DNA from: Eutreptiella sp. 'Long Island Sound 2002'
Taxonomy: Eukaryota > Protista > Euglenida
Assembly (NCBI GenBank): GCA_964036045.1
Contig: OZ038379.1
Span: forward strand, 26,226,001-26,290,000
Reading direction: 5' to 3'
DNA length: 64,000 nucleotides
Shown here: positions 34,301 to 47,720 of the stretch, piece by piece
How the letters are laid out: each line of letters starts with the position of its first letter
Numbering within the stretch: the first letter of the stretch is position 1
The notes under the pieces: model-generated
Told to the model about the DNA's origin: nothing
Seen by the model: the letters and a program-made list of their open reading frames with translations, nothing else
Databases searched by the model: none
Program-made: the position numbers and the translations under genes

Positions 34301-35029
34301 GGCCGGCGACCGGTGGTGGATGCTTCCCTAACACAGAGGATTGCGATGCAGCCCCGGACTATTAAGTGGCTGCCGAGACCATCCGTGGCTCTCGCACAGG
34401 CATTGGCGGTCGTGGGGCCCTTCGCGGCTTTTGGACAAGCGACCTCGGGTGTGGCCTGCGGCCGGCTGTAGAGCCCCACTCTCTGGCGGGATCGATTTGC
34501 AGTGGCATTCTGGCAGAGGCACTCCGCCTGTCTCGACCTGGGGGCATGCAATTGGTCGCTGTGACCTATGCCCCAACGGAGAAAAGGCTTCATTGGCTGG
34601 GATTCTGGATGGGTTCCGGGCTTGGCTTTGCTCTTGTGCTCTGCTGTCCCACCCAGAGCTGTAACCCATGTCATGGAGCATCATCCTTCGAGAGGGCAAA
34701 TGTGGCAAGGCATAATGGCCTTGTGGGTGTCTGGTGTGCCCCTGTGTGGTGCACCGGATGCATGTGCCTACCAACCGCGCCAGGTGCAATCAGTGGGAGA
34801 GCTAGTGGTGTGCAGGGCCTCCGGGTCTCTCATCCCGGCTCTCGGTACCCCAATTGGTGCACAGTGGTGCAAAGGTGTCAAGAGTGGCTTGGCAAGGCAG
34901 GGACAAACACACACATACACACACCCACACACACAATTTGCGAAAGCACGGCACAAAGCATTTTTGCTTGAGTGAAAATCCTCGTCAGTTGGTCATTAGA
35001 CAAGACAAACAGAGCATGTCCGACGCCAA

Positions 35030-37600
35030 TTGACGCCTTTTTGCAGTACAGGGGAAGAGGAGAAGGTACATCGTACACCCGTTCACGACCGTCTCCAGCC
35101 CTCGACCGCCGCGGAGAGCGCTAAGCCAAGGGCCTATAAAGGACAGACACAGATGGTTCAGCACGAAGTTGCGGGAATGTTTCAGATCCCTCACCTCAAT
35201 CCCCATGCACTATGTTCATTGCCCCCCAAGAAGTATGGTTACACTGATAGGCGACCTTTGGAGCATGCAACTAACAGAGGAGGGGAGAAGAGCGGAAGTG
35301 CACCATCACCGGTGCACTACAGACACACATTGCAGGTGGCATTTTGCAGAGGTTCAATGCAGGCAATATCTTCATTCAAGGCGCCATTGATGCCATCTAC
35401 GCTTAGCTCTGGGGGCAGCATCCATGACGCGTACGCTGTACCATTCCGGATGGCGTGTTTCTTTAACCACATTTTCACTTGAGTACGATGCAGCGTTTGG
35501 TTGGCATGTGGTGCACAAGTGAGCAGGCGCACTTGACCGTGGCTCGCACAGCATGGGGGCTGGTTTCATACGCCCGGTGTATGCCTTTGTGGATGGCTCG
35601 CATGGCCACAGTTTTCTGATACCTTGACAGTAGCATGACCTGAAGCCATGCCAGTGCGGACAGAATTTGGCCCAGCCACGTCCTCGTCCATGTGAGACCA
35701 TTGTTGAGCACACTAGTCAAGATATTTCCGAGGTAGCCCTGGTATGCGAGGGTGGGGGACATCAGGGGGGCATTTAGGTGGAGACACCAATAAGGTCTGA
35801 GAGCTGCCGGTTCGGTGAAAGCACATCCCTCCCCTAAGGGGGACAGGGTCATCACCACACCCACCGCCTTCCTGATTGGGCCGCAGCACTGTCCAGTGCA
35901 ACTGGCCTGTTGGGGCGAGATGCAATAGCACTCCACTTCCAAACCCCAGGCTGTTTTTAGGATGGTCCTAATGGTTTCAATGAGCGATGCCTGCCTCGTC
36001 GTGGCACACTGTGTGGCAACTAGTATGTTATCCCTGAATTGACACATGGCTACTCTGCCCCACTGTCCGTCCCACACAGGGAACCCTTCAGGCGAGACTG
36101 TAAGTGTCCCAAGCTGGCGGAACAGATTTCTGTGTTGGTACACCCGCCACACTGAGTGAATATCCGCCCCTTGGGCGCTGAACGGCCCCCCGCATGGGGA
36201 TACAATTCGTGCGCACCCACACCGTTCCCGCCGCCCAGCATGCGTTGTTTTTACTCAGCTCATGCCCGACGATGGCAGTTAACTGCTGATGTGTGACATA
36301 TTTGAACCCTGCAGCTGTTGCCTTTGCTACTCGGTCAAGTGCACTGTGCATATGGTGTACGGACCAGACCACTTCTACCATGCGCCCCCGGCGCTTAGCA
36401 TTGAGCCAGGCGGATGCGTCAACCATATGATCCTCTACATTTGTGGGCTGCACATAGTTGAAATGGTCCTTGCAGTGGAGTTTTGTCACTGTGTGCAATC
36501 CCTGACCCCCCGCCCAGTGGAACCAAGCTACTAGGTCAGTGATGCGAAGATGCAGGATGGAGAAGGGGAGCTCTGTAATGAGATACTTCAGGAACCTGGT
36601 GAATGCCCGTGCAGCGACTTTGAGGTGGCTCTTGCTAACAATCGGGGAGGGGGACATAGCGATTGGATGCCAGAACCAGCCCTTTCCAGCCCAGACTCTG
36701 AGCTTTACCTGTGATATATAGGCACAATTTAGCTCGTTCACTCCGTGCCCAGCCCAGTTCCGCAGCCAGTTTACCTACTTGCATCACGAAGTCGCTGGCT
36801 GTTCTAGGCACCCGTTGATACCCGCCCTTGGTGAGGAACTCCGCAACCTGAAGCCAAACCCCATGTTTGCAAAAACCCCAGAGAACCCCTGCCCCTTTAT
36901 CGACTATGCGGACGTAGAAGTCAACACTCAACTTCTTAGAAGCTTGCTGCACCCGTTTCAGGGTGTCACCCGTACAAGGGAACAGGGAGGGAGGGAGCTC
37001 GGTATCCAAATAAGGGTATTTGCCGCCAACCTCCGTCGCAAAAGCCTCAATTGCCTTTACGGCTTCTTTGGGCATGTATGTGCCACGCATGGGGAGGGAG
37101 TCCTTGGGTCGCAGCGTGCGGCCCTGGACATCATACACAGATACCCGTACAAGTGCTATGTGACCCTCAGTGTCAGTGACAGTGCCGTACTGTTGAGCTA
37201 TAGCAATATCCCGAGAGCAGGTACAAGGAGGTGGTTGACTGGCCCAGTCCATTTTCGTGGCTTGCTTACTGAAGATGCTTTGCACAGTGTGCGGACTGGT
37301 CCGTACTACTCGCATGACCTTCTTAATTGCCTGTTTCTCCCATGCCCGGTGTTTTGTAGAGCAGACGGTGTATCTCATGACACGTAGGATGGTTGTTTTC
37401 TGTGTAGGTGTTACATTAGGGACCGGGAATGTCGCTCCATGGACCAGGGGAATGTGCAGTTCGGCCGCCATGCAAGTCGCTCAGCTCCGCACGCATCGCT
37501 TTGGCTCATGCATGGTCGGCATCGTGTTGTGCCTATTTTATTTCTTTCAAAAGGCGCAAAACTCGCTGATTGAGCCAGTTGTTTTGGCGTTCGGCCCCCT
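35030..37600 (-). mobile_element. Decayed Penelope-like retroelement, copy C
   Basis: Three overlapping frameshifted ORFs (36635-37471, 36088-36741, 35475-36152) with DFYVRIVDKGAG, CKDHFNYV, NCIPM and QFRDNILV. Confidence 0.7.
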
Positions 37601-37739
37601 CCTGTGGGATGCCTAGTTGTATGTCGTTAACAGCCCATCGTTTAAGGGTGAACCACTAGTGCCTCTCTCTTACTCTTGCCCACCATCTCTCTTGCACATA
37701 TTCAAGTACAACAATGCCCCATCACTCTAGCTCAGCTCT

Positions 37740-39100
37740 CTACATGTACAGATGAAGGGCGGATGCAGCCGCATCAGTCATGTGCTTTCTTAGCCGTTGG
37801 ATGGGGGCCATATGTGTTTGGCCAACACGGAGAATGCCCAGGGTGATGTGATAAACGGCATATAATACACAGGCGGGAGGTGTAACACTAACTCTCCGGT
37901 GGTGCACATACGAAACCTGGCGCAACTTGCGCAGTGCCTTGTGGGTAGCGAAGGGCAAATAGTTGTTGCGTTGCTGCATCAGGGCAGCGCATTTACCCAG
38001 ATTCTTGGCCCCCAATGCGATGGACATCAGGGGGTGAGCGCATTATGTATACTCACAGCCCGCTTAATGTGGAGTAGCTGAAAGCGGCACACACACACGC
38101 ACACAACCATAATTTGCTGCTGCCAAACAACAACAACCTAATGCCTCATCATTGTCGGAAACACCTGTTGGGGTTGCAAAACCCAAGCACCCATTGCTGT
38201 GGTGCTCTGATCTTCCGAGTCCCCACAGTTGCCGCCGATTGGGTTGGCTTGCTCACCTTGTTTTATCCGGCATGAGGAAGTAAATGTTGTTGGGGCGTGG
38301 GCGCAGGGTCATGGCACACTTGATGCTCTCCACAGGCACTTACGGAGAGATTTGTGCCCAGTGCCCTGGGCCATGGTGGTGGAACGAAGAAGTCCTGCAC
38401 TAGGGCCACCAGGGGACATATGGGTCAGGGAGTGTGCACCTTCCGGTCTCAACAGTGGTGCGAAATCTCACCCACAATTGTGTCAGCTCATGCGCATGGG
38501 GTGACGTGCGGTGCCAAGTTGCTATGTGCGGGGCAAACCAGCACTCCCTGACTATTGTGTCAAGGGTGCACGTGGTGCTATACTGAGTACAAGGGCACTG
38601 CTGCCAAGGGCCTTTGTCCAGCACTTTTGGCTGGCGATGGCAAGTGGCTGGCCGAGGATAAAGAACTAGGGCACCCGGAGGATCTGGGGGGAAATCCATA
38701 ATGGCAACACCAACGTGCACCTTTTGCAACATGGTTGCCCTACACGGAGGAGCACAGAGGCACGCCATCCAAATGGCTCGTCTTTTGGGGGCAGGGTTCA
38801 GGGGATGGGGTTGCATGCACAGACTAGGTCTGGTGTGCACCCCTCCCCGCACCCTGCTCAGTCCACACCCATACACAAAGCAGGCACATACAACTGGCAT
38901 GGGCATGTGCAAAAACTTTTGCATTGCAATGCTTTGGCCGTGCATGCATGACCACTCTGGCACCATAACCTCAACATGCATACTTGCATAAACAACCACA
39001 ATTGTACTAGCGGGGCAATGATATGAGGGGCTTCCACTAGATCCCAGGCTACCCCAGGCCAAGAGGTTTTGAGGGTAGGGTCCCCATTCTGAACACTGCA
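37740..39100 (-). mobile_element. Penelope-like fragment D
   Basis: HKALRKLRQVSY, PIQRLRKH and WMACLCAPP resemble segments of copies A-C; heavily decayed. Confidence 0.45.
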
Positions 39101-39569
39101 ACTAACCGTTTGCGGTGCTTGGTAGGCTCGTATCAAACCATGATAGAACAATCACAACTATGCCTCAGTGCGCCTACACCGACATCAACTCTGTGCTCAC
39201 AAAATTGATCTCGACCCACAACCATATTCCCATATATTCCCATGGGTCCACACCTACAACTCCCAAAACTCCCAATCACCTAATCAAGACTTACGACTAG
39301 GAGTGAGCTGAGTCCTAGTCCTGCTCATTGCCTTAGAAATCACTGTAGAAGAAGAGCGGCCCTCATTGGAGACGCCTGCTTGACGCAATGGTAATGGCCC
39401 TAAACGCTCAAGACGATTGTCCTAAAAACAGGCAGAAAAACAGCTGATTTTCACCCCGAAATTGACCACAGCATGGCACCACGGCATGAGAGACGCCTCA
39501 TTGATCGCTGAATCGCAATCAGTTCACATGGCAATCACTGTGGAAGAAGAACAGCCCTCATTGGAGACG

Positions 39570-40100
39570 CCTACTTGGCACACCCGCGATTATCCTGAAC
39601 TTCCACAACGATTGGTTTGATAACGGGCTGCAAGCGGGTACTTTTGGACACTAAATCGGGCAGAAAACGGGCTATGCGGCTCGAAATCACACGAAACTTG
39701 TTTCGGGTGATGCTCATTTGCTCTACGTACAGTCGTTTTGGGCTACTTGGATGCTGCATTGAGCCACATTGTCCCCAAAAAGACTTTCTGTGCACCTGTT
39801 GCTGGCTGCTGCCTGCTGCTGCTAAATGCTTCTCACCCCAGATACTAAGAAGGGTTGTAAAACCTCCACTGGGAAACCAGCTGACCCCTTACACTGCTGG
39901 ACTCAAGCAGTGCTTCAATGCCCACGAAAATCTTAACAACACATTCATTAAACACACGCTGTAGCACAGAGTTTTTTTCAAGGCAAGGGAACACAGGGCA
40001 TAAAATCGGGCTATGATGCAAATGGTGCGGCGGATGGTCATGAGGCAGAATGCTGCATATGGGTCAACAAGCAGCTGCACACCCTTAACAAGCATTGGCT
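39570..40100 (-). other. Possible host-gene exons
   Basis: Pyrimidine tract-CAG acceptor near 39962 followed by open RVFNECVVKIFVGIEALLESSS and a GTAAGG donor; further protein-like frame at 39571-39795. No domain recognised. Confidence 0.25.
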
Positions 40101-43100
40101 TCGGAAGCCATCCAGTGCTTGCATTGAGAGCCTAGGCCCGGAGAAACACAATGAGGCCTGGGAGAGGGGGTTAGAGGGTGGAGGAGCCCCTGGGCATGGG
40201 ATATTGACAAAAAAGAGCGCAGTCAAAAATGGGTTTCCTCATCAATTTTGCGAATTTTTCTAGCGGCAAATTCGCAATGAATCCTTGGATACAAATGTTT
40301 GGACTCCCAAGAACGATGTTGAGTGCAGTTTGGTGTGTTCGCGTATACATTCCGAAAAAAAAACCTGTTGCTATGGCTATGGTGTAATGCAACACAATAC
40401 CTGTGCCAATGCCAGATAATTGGCCACACACACATACACAAGAGTGCGCGCACATGGTGGCAAAGATACACTTGAATCAGACATTTTTCGCCTGGCCAGT
40501 GCAAGTTTGCAAAAAAAGGCCAGGCACCTTTCGAAAAACGAGTAAACACGTAGAAACAAACATACCTCACCTCCACAGGCATGTCAAACGAAGCATGTCA
40601 CGCCCGGGCACACACTAACACTCATCTCCACCACAGCCCACTGCACCTTAAATATGCCAGTATCCAACCACCACTAGACCCCGTGAGCCCCAAAACCGCA
40701 GTGCCACACCTTGAGAGACTCAAGCGGCGTGGGGGATGACAGGTTAAGAGGCTTGTAATTGCCCAATAAATAATCGCGAATGGTGTCCACGCCACCTCTT
40801 TGGACGGTGCTGGGAATCTGATGAACATGGATGGGCATTCAAGGCCACAACCCTCGACTACTTTCACAAGCACTTCACAACCCTTGACAACCCTCAACAA
40901 CTGCCCTTACCGACTCTTCAGGTTCTGAGGAGAGGACAGCTGAAACCCAAAAATGCAATCCACCACAGCGAGCTTGTCATACACAGCGGTGCCATGTGAC
41001 TGTGCACCATGTGGATGACATGCACCACAGCGTCGTGCCCACCCCAATATCCCCACAAGATGAGTGGTGGATATTCTGCTACTACTGGAAACTGTCTGCA
41101 GCATGACAGGTTTTCCACAGACCCACACTTGGTGCTCTGTCTCGTGACAAAAAAAAAGAGGGGCTGACATCTCAAACATATAGGCCAACACTTCATACAT
41201 CAGATGCTCACACCTTAAGAGGAAGGGTTGACACTTGAAAAACCAGCCTCGTTCTGGAGGGTCAGTGGGAGGGTCAGTGGGAGGGTCAGGGGAGGAGGGC
41301 TGACTCCCCTTTCACCCTATTCACTCACAATGGAATGTTCAAAGCAATAAACTCCGACACCCGATGTATGAAAATAGGCAATAGATTGAAAATTGTGAAG
41401 TTTCGCCTCTACTTTAGCGGAGTCTGCCCCTGTTCTTGAGGTATCAGCACTGTATCTTATGAAATGCCATCCCGTGTCCCAGGCGTCCACGATCGCCAGC
41501 ACCAAAGCCACCGTTGTCACCAAAAAGGACGAAAAACAGGGGAAACACAGGGAAAACGGCAAAAAGACAGGGGAAAGGGGGAAAACAGAGAGAAAAATGG
41601 GGGAATGGGGGACGGGGGGGGGGGGGCACTGACAAATTGTCTTGCTGATGTTGTACCACATTGTGTGTGTAGGGATGCCGTGGCTTCCAGAAGTGAGCCT
41701 CTGGTTCCAACACTACTTGGACTCTCCACTCCTGGTCCATGGCACAAAAAAAGAGTTGGAAGGACAATGTAAGGAAGAGGGTTTATGAATGAGCATCTAC
41801 ATGTGTAGGGGAGGCCTTAATGATGTGGAAGAGGCACCTCCTCAAAGGGAAAATCTACTACTACCACACCTACTACTACTACTACTAGTACTACTAGGAC
41901 CATGCCCTGGCTCATCATAGGCGCATGATCACAACGCCGATTCACAGAGTGCTGGGTTTCCTAACCTCCCCTTGCTCTCCCTCTAACCGCAACCTCTGCA
42001 GCTAGGCTAGGGCACACCGACCATGGGCAAACATTGTGCAGCTTGGAGTGGTGGCTCGGACCAAACGGACCCCCCTTGTTTTGCCCACGTTTTCCCTTGT
42101 TTTCCCTCAACCCCCCCCCCCCCCCGTTTTCCCCAATTTTGCTCGCCAAAGCCACATCCCCCCTCTGCTCCAGTAAAAAAAAAATCGTCCTTGAATGTGT
42201 ATGCCAAACAAACGTCGCCAAGTGTTGCCAAAGTTGTGGCCGAGGCTTGTTTTAGCTGGGGGGGGGGGTTGGACGCACCCACCCACTTTTTAGAACCCAC
42301 TCACCCACCCACCCACCCATTGGCGTGCCCTCCGGGGGCGGGCAATCGGGGGGGTCAACCAAGGCACCAACCTGCCCATGCAACCCCAGACTTCAAGAGT
42401 CCACACAGTGGGGAGAAACCAACATGGCTACATAATCCTTGCCTTCTTGAGGTCCTATAGTGAAGGCAAATCAATATGGCATAGGAGGGAGGGAGGGGTA
42501 AAATAGGAACGTGCGAAATTGGAATGGTGAAATTCAGTGCGGAGAAAATTTGGCATTGATTCTTAAATAAGATTGCAGAATTTTTGGTTCAAATTCCCAG
42601 GGATGGCTTGTGACACAAGAACAAGCATAGACTGTGAATGATGGTTGTTATTTGCCATCGGCCTTTGGTTGGTTGCTGTTATTTCTTACAGCCTTTGGAT
42701 GGTTGCTTGGATGGCTACTCCTATTTCTTGGAGGCTGTTGGGCACAATGGATGCCAAGAGATTGTATGCACGAAATTGCCCCCTCCCCCCCCAACTCCAC
42801 CCCTATGGTTTGGGTGTGCCATGGTTGGTGCGTCGTCGTGGGTGGCTGAGTGGTGCGGCAAGGCACTGGCCTTGTGGCTTCTGAGTGTACTGGGTGTACC
42901 CCTGACGTTTGTCCGCTCCTACCTGGCGGACAACACAGGGGCCACCTTTGGTGAGGACGGCGGTCGTGCCTCCCACTGCCCATGGGTCGACGTCCTCCGC
43001 CTTTGTTACGCGGCCGCCCTGCTGAAGAGCAGGGCGGTAGAGATTTACGTGCCGCCACAACACAACTCCGGCTCTCATCGCCAATGGCGATGGTGCAGGC

Positions 43101-43455
43101 GCAGTCTGATGCTCGGGCCAAACAGGGCATGCTCGTAGCCAGTAAAGGATGCGTTCCATTCCGTGAGTGGCTGGGCGGCCACTTCTGTCTCTTGTGGCGT
43201 GGTGTGGTGGCCGCCGATCCCTCAGTTGTCCTAGAGGCCTGCTACTGCGAGGCCCATGCTTTTGTCTCTGGTGTGCCCTCTAGGCTTTCCACTGCGTGGG
43301 TTCGCTGCGTCGAGTCTGGCCGGGTTTCTCTGAGGTCCCTGTCGGCGGCATTTTGGCTGCACCCGTCCCCCCGCTGCCATGTGGAGCCCGAGCCCATGTT
43401 CACATGCCAGTTTTGCTGGCGTCGGTGTGTAAGTTGGGGCCCCCACCACTAGTAA

Positions 43456-43844
43456 CCCCCCCCCCCCCCCTTGTCTAAGCTACGCCCTTGTCCAAGCTAC
43501 AGTAGGCGTAGGGACCGTATTAATTTGGTACCTAATTTTTATTTGGTACCAAATTTAGTGCAACCACATAAGACATGGGTTTGACGAATTCGCCGGGTAC
43601 ATAGGGTCATGTACACATTTGTTGTGAGTGTTTGCCCACATAACTCTGATTTTGGGGGTATTTGTGCATTATGGAACATGGAACATGGGTGGAGGTTGAG
43701 GTGCACTCATGCTATGCGCTCATTTACGTGTGTGTCGGTAGTTGTATATGTCGCGCGCAAGCTACGCCCGTGTCCAAGCTACAGTAGGCGTAGGGACCGT
43801 ATTAATTTGGTACTTTGGCGTAGCTTAGACAAGGGGGGGGGGGG
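43456..43844. mobile_element. ~390-bp MITE
   Basis: TIR C12-15TTGTCTAAGCTACGCC / GGCGTAGCTTAGACAAG12. Internal direct repeat CCAAGCTACAGTAGGCGTAGGGACCGTATTAATTTGGTAC at ~43492 and ~43773. TA next to both ends. Confidence 0.75.
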
Positions 43845-44729
43845 TAGTCCGAGTGCGGTATAGGGGGATGAGCTATGTGTTTGCCCCTGCTCTTGCCCTA
43901 CTCCCGTGCGGTGGTAGTGTGTGGCACTCGCCCCACCACTGCATGGTGTACCGCGGCGATCGCGCAGTGGTCTGGGCCCTTGCCCATGAGTCGGCCTTCT
44001 TGTGTCCCATGAAATGTTGCCCCTGCCTCGACGTGTATGCTACCTGGTCCGTTCTGATGCACTCCCTGCATGATCCCCCGTTGGTCCTGGCCGAGGAGAG
44101 GGATCTCGCCATGGAATCGCATCTAGCGGCGCTCGGCATTTGGCTAGTGTTACCCTTGCGCCTTTGGCGCGAACGCTGTTGGACGTGTCCCCTCCCGCAC
44201 TGGGGGGCTAGCCTGGCCCGTGGGTGGCGGTGGTGCTGGCGACGGCCCTGGTGCACTGTCTGGGGCGCCCCCTTGACATGACAGCCGATGTGGCGGGGGA
44301 GCTGCTGGGGGGGGGGGGGGGGCTTGTCCACTGTCCTTCGGCATGCCCTGTCCTACTGGGCTCCCCATCCTTGTGACAGCCCTCGGTAATCTCAACGCCT
44401 CCACCCCCCTGCACTGTCATGATGGTGCTACCTACACAATAGTGTGTATGGTTGACGCACTGTTTGTCTCCTTTCCTGAGGCTCTCCCTGCCCCACCCTT
44501 CTACTCCGCTTTGCCCTTGCTGGGGATGGATGAGTGGCTGGAGGCTGCGCCGCCTACGCCCCCGCCACCCGACGGAGTGGACGACACCGCCTCGGACTTT
44601 GGGGCTTCGTCTTGTAGTGACGCTACTTCGCACGATGACAATCCTTTGGAATGATACCTGCCATGCTGTCCTTGCTGTCCGGTTGCTCTTGCTGGGGTGG
44701 TCGAGGGTGGACCCGTGGATCAAGCGACG

Positions 44730-44960
44730 TGTGTGTGGGGCTCCGGCTCTAGAACCTTACGGAGTGAGTGGGGCACCGACCCTAAGCCCTTGCAGAGTGT
44801 GTGGGGCACCGACTCTGGGCCCTTGCAATGTGTGTGGGGCATGGGCTCTGGGCCCTTGCGAGATGTGTGGGGCGCCAACTCTTGGCCTCTGCTGAGGGTG
44901 TGGGGCACTAACTCTGGGCCCCTGCAGAGTGCGTGGGGCACCGGCTTAGGGCCTTAGCTG
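44730..44960 (+). repeat. 33-bp minisatellite, ~7 units
   Basis: GTGGGG recurs at about 44735, 44768, 44801, 44834, 44867, 44900 and 44934; consensus GTGTGTGGGGCACCGACTCTGGGCCCTTGCAGA. Confidence 0.9.
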
Positions 44961-45489
44961 ACGGGAGAGAGCGAGCAGCGCATAAGTGGGGGGCCCGTTG
45001 TGGCCCTTGCAGGTTTGAGGGAGTGGGGAGCGTCCGGTGGGTAGTCGTGGGACACCGGCTTCGGCTCCCCGGGCGTAAAGGGGCTGTTCGCATGTCAGAG
45101 TCACGGGCCCAGTGGACTGCGTGACCTGTGACCCCGGGATGGCCCTCCCGAAAAGAGCGAAGCACCAATCCAGTCCAATCCAATCCACCCCCCCCCCCCC
45201 CTGCCCCCCCCCTCGGTAGGCCGGGCCCGCCCCGCTCACCACCCGTCCAGGACTCCTCCCTAGGCCAAAGGTGCAGTCCTGTGAGGGGCAGCCGCACCAC
45301 TACCACACTCAGAGCAGCCCCTCGAGTTCTGGTGACCTAGCACCAGTGATAGAACCTGCAGGATGGTAGCCGCGGGACAAATTGCCCGCATGCAAAGGTA
45401 GGCAACGGCCACGTGCACACCGAGAACCCTATAGATTGTGATACACCCCTTGCCCCCCCCCCCCCCCCCCACCGTTTCTTCCCGCGGCG

Positions 45490-45810
45490 GTGTGCTACCA
45501 TGGTGCGGCCATGACAATCACGCACCAACGTGGCGCGGGCTCAGTGGCAGTGCACCACCGTGGTGCCACCGCGACAATCACGCGCCAACGTGGCGACAAC
45601 TCAGTGCTAGTGCACCACTGTGGTGCAACCACATCAATCCCGCACCAACGTAGCGCCTGCTCAACGGCAGGGGACCGTTGTGGTGCCGCCGCAACACTTG
45701 CGCTCCGTCGAGGCGCTAGCTCAGTGACAGTGCGCCACCGTGGTGCCGCCCCGCCAATCTGGCGCCACTATGGCGATTGCTCAATGGCGTGGTGCCACAA
45801 TGGTGCCAGC
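45490..45810 (+). repeat. 60-bp minisatellite, ~5.5 units, with internal palindrome GCACCA-N3-TGGTGC
   Basis: CTCA recurs at 45540, 45600, 45660, 45720 and 45780. Confidence 0.88.
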
Positions 45811-47720
45811 CCTGCTCTACCGTTGCACCGGCCTCGCCGTGGTTGTTCCTCTAGGCCACTACTCGAGGGACCACGGTGAGGACTGCACCTGGTGCTCTAC
45901 TGTGCAACGGTGACGTGTCGTCGGCGGTGCTCACCGCCTCATACGGGTACCGTTGTGGTGCCAGCTCACCAATCGCGCACCATCTTGGTGTGTGTATCGC
46001 GGTACTGCGTCGTCGGGACGTGAACACTATGGCCTGGCATCAGTGTGGTGCCAACTCATACGAAACACGTCAATTCCGCGGCAATACACCACCGTGGCGT
46101 TCTTGCTCCCGCGACACACGTCCCGCACTCACAAAACCGGCGGTACCCAGGCCACCGGCAGCACATGATCATGTAATGTGACAACTTCGCGACACCGGCA
46201 GTACTCAGCCCGCCGGCAGTGCGTGTAGTAGTGCTAGGCCGCGTCCCTCATTGCCCAGCGACGTCCTTAAGCCAAAGGTGGGAGACCCGCAGCTGAATTA
46301 TCTCTTGTTGCCTCCGGAAAGATGACTTGGATGGACCGCAGCCGTCAGGGCTAGTGACAGGGACCTAGGCTGGTGCATCGCACCGTAACGTTGCCGCACA
46401 CCGACACTGTGACTTGGACGGCCTGCTAGGAGAGGAGCCCTCGGGTGTGCGGCTAGATTCGTCTTGCTCTGGCGGAAGTAAGACGGAGGACTCCCCCGGC
46501 AGGTCCTCGTGGGACCTCCGAGGGACGAGGCAGAGGCTCACCGTACGTGTGACCGACGCTAGCGCTCCTCCTCCTCCTCCTCCCTCCTCCCCCCTACCCG
46601 CCCCCCCTTTACCCACCTCGGCTCGCTTCGCTCGCCAGACGGCTTCCTTCGCTCGACGCGGGGGCCAGCCCCCGCACCCCCTCAAATAAAAAGACTCTTG
46701 TGGTGGCTACAGACCCCCCCTACCTCCAAGGTGGGGGGGGGGGGGCTTCGTGCCATTTATGGCCAAGAGAGCTAAAAGTGACACCTAGAAAAATGGCTTC
46801 AGACCTTCCAACAAAGTGGCATATTTTGGCACACTTTTGTTGTGCCAAATTTCGCCATTTCAAATTTCGCTTGTTCCTAATTTTCCCATCCCAGGTAATT
46901 GGACAAGATCGCCCTGTGAAACGATGCACTGCCATCCGTAAAGACCGCCCTGAACAACAACAGCAAAACACCCTGCTCACTCATGACATACCTCCAGAAA
47001 GGGGGGGGTCATTTCTCAAGGACCCACCCACCCACTCTGCCCCCCCCCCCCCTGGTCGGGTATCCGCAACACTGTAAAACGGCATGGTTTTGGCAACCAT
47101 GGACTGGGTATCCGTGTATAAAATATTGTTTCCTATGTTTGGCAGTGTCAGCACAGTCGAAGGAAGTGTCAGCCCCCATGTTTGAGACAACATTTGTGGC
47201 AGGTGGAACAGGAATTGAACACCTTGAGATGGAGAGGACAACCCGTCAGTAGATCAGAGAGACAAGGTGGGAGCAGCAGTAGCAAAGCAGAGACTAAACT
47301 TGCACTAGGCTCTGCTGCAGTTGTGCTTTGGCCACATTCCCTGCACTGTCGGACGACAACACCTCCCATCTCCCCCCTCTTGCGCCAGGGATGCACAGGG
47401 GCCCTTTTTGGAAAAAAAAATGCCACAGGGGTTGTTGGTGGTAGGTAAAGCGGTCAGGGGCAGGGCTTGGAGGTGACAAAATGGTTGGTGGGCCGGTTGG
47501 GGCAGGCAGAAGCGGGTGGGGCGGAATAAACTGCCGCCCTAAAGGGGTTGGAGGGTGACCGTCCTCCTCCCGCCTTCAAGCGCACGCCTGCCCGCCCCTG
47601 CAAGCCACTCGCCATGGAATTCCCAGCCACACAAACCCAAGTGGGGAGGCTCAGATGCAAATTGGTACATGACCCGCCAATTGGACTCTGCAGTATGTGC
47701 GTAACGCACACAACACACAC

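Noticed and set aside
30290-35000. Hammerhead ribozymes expected in Penelope-like elements (CTGATGA at ~30295 on +, CTGACGA at ~34985 on -)
   Set aside because: No stem II followed by GAAA could be assembled, and the first is on the wrong strand.
42850-44650. Plus-strand LINE RT (YLADN-like motif at ~42920)
   Set aside because: Too fragmentary; no second RT motif could be confirmed.
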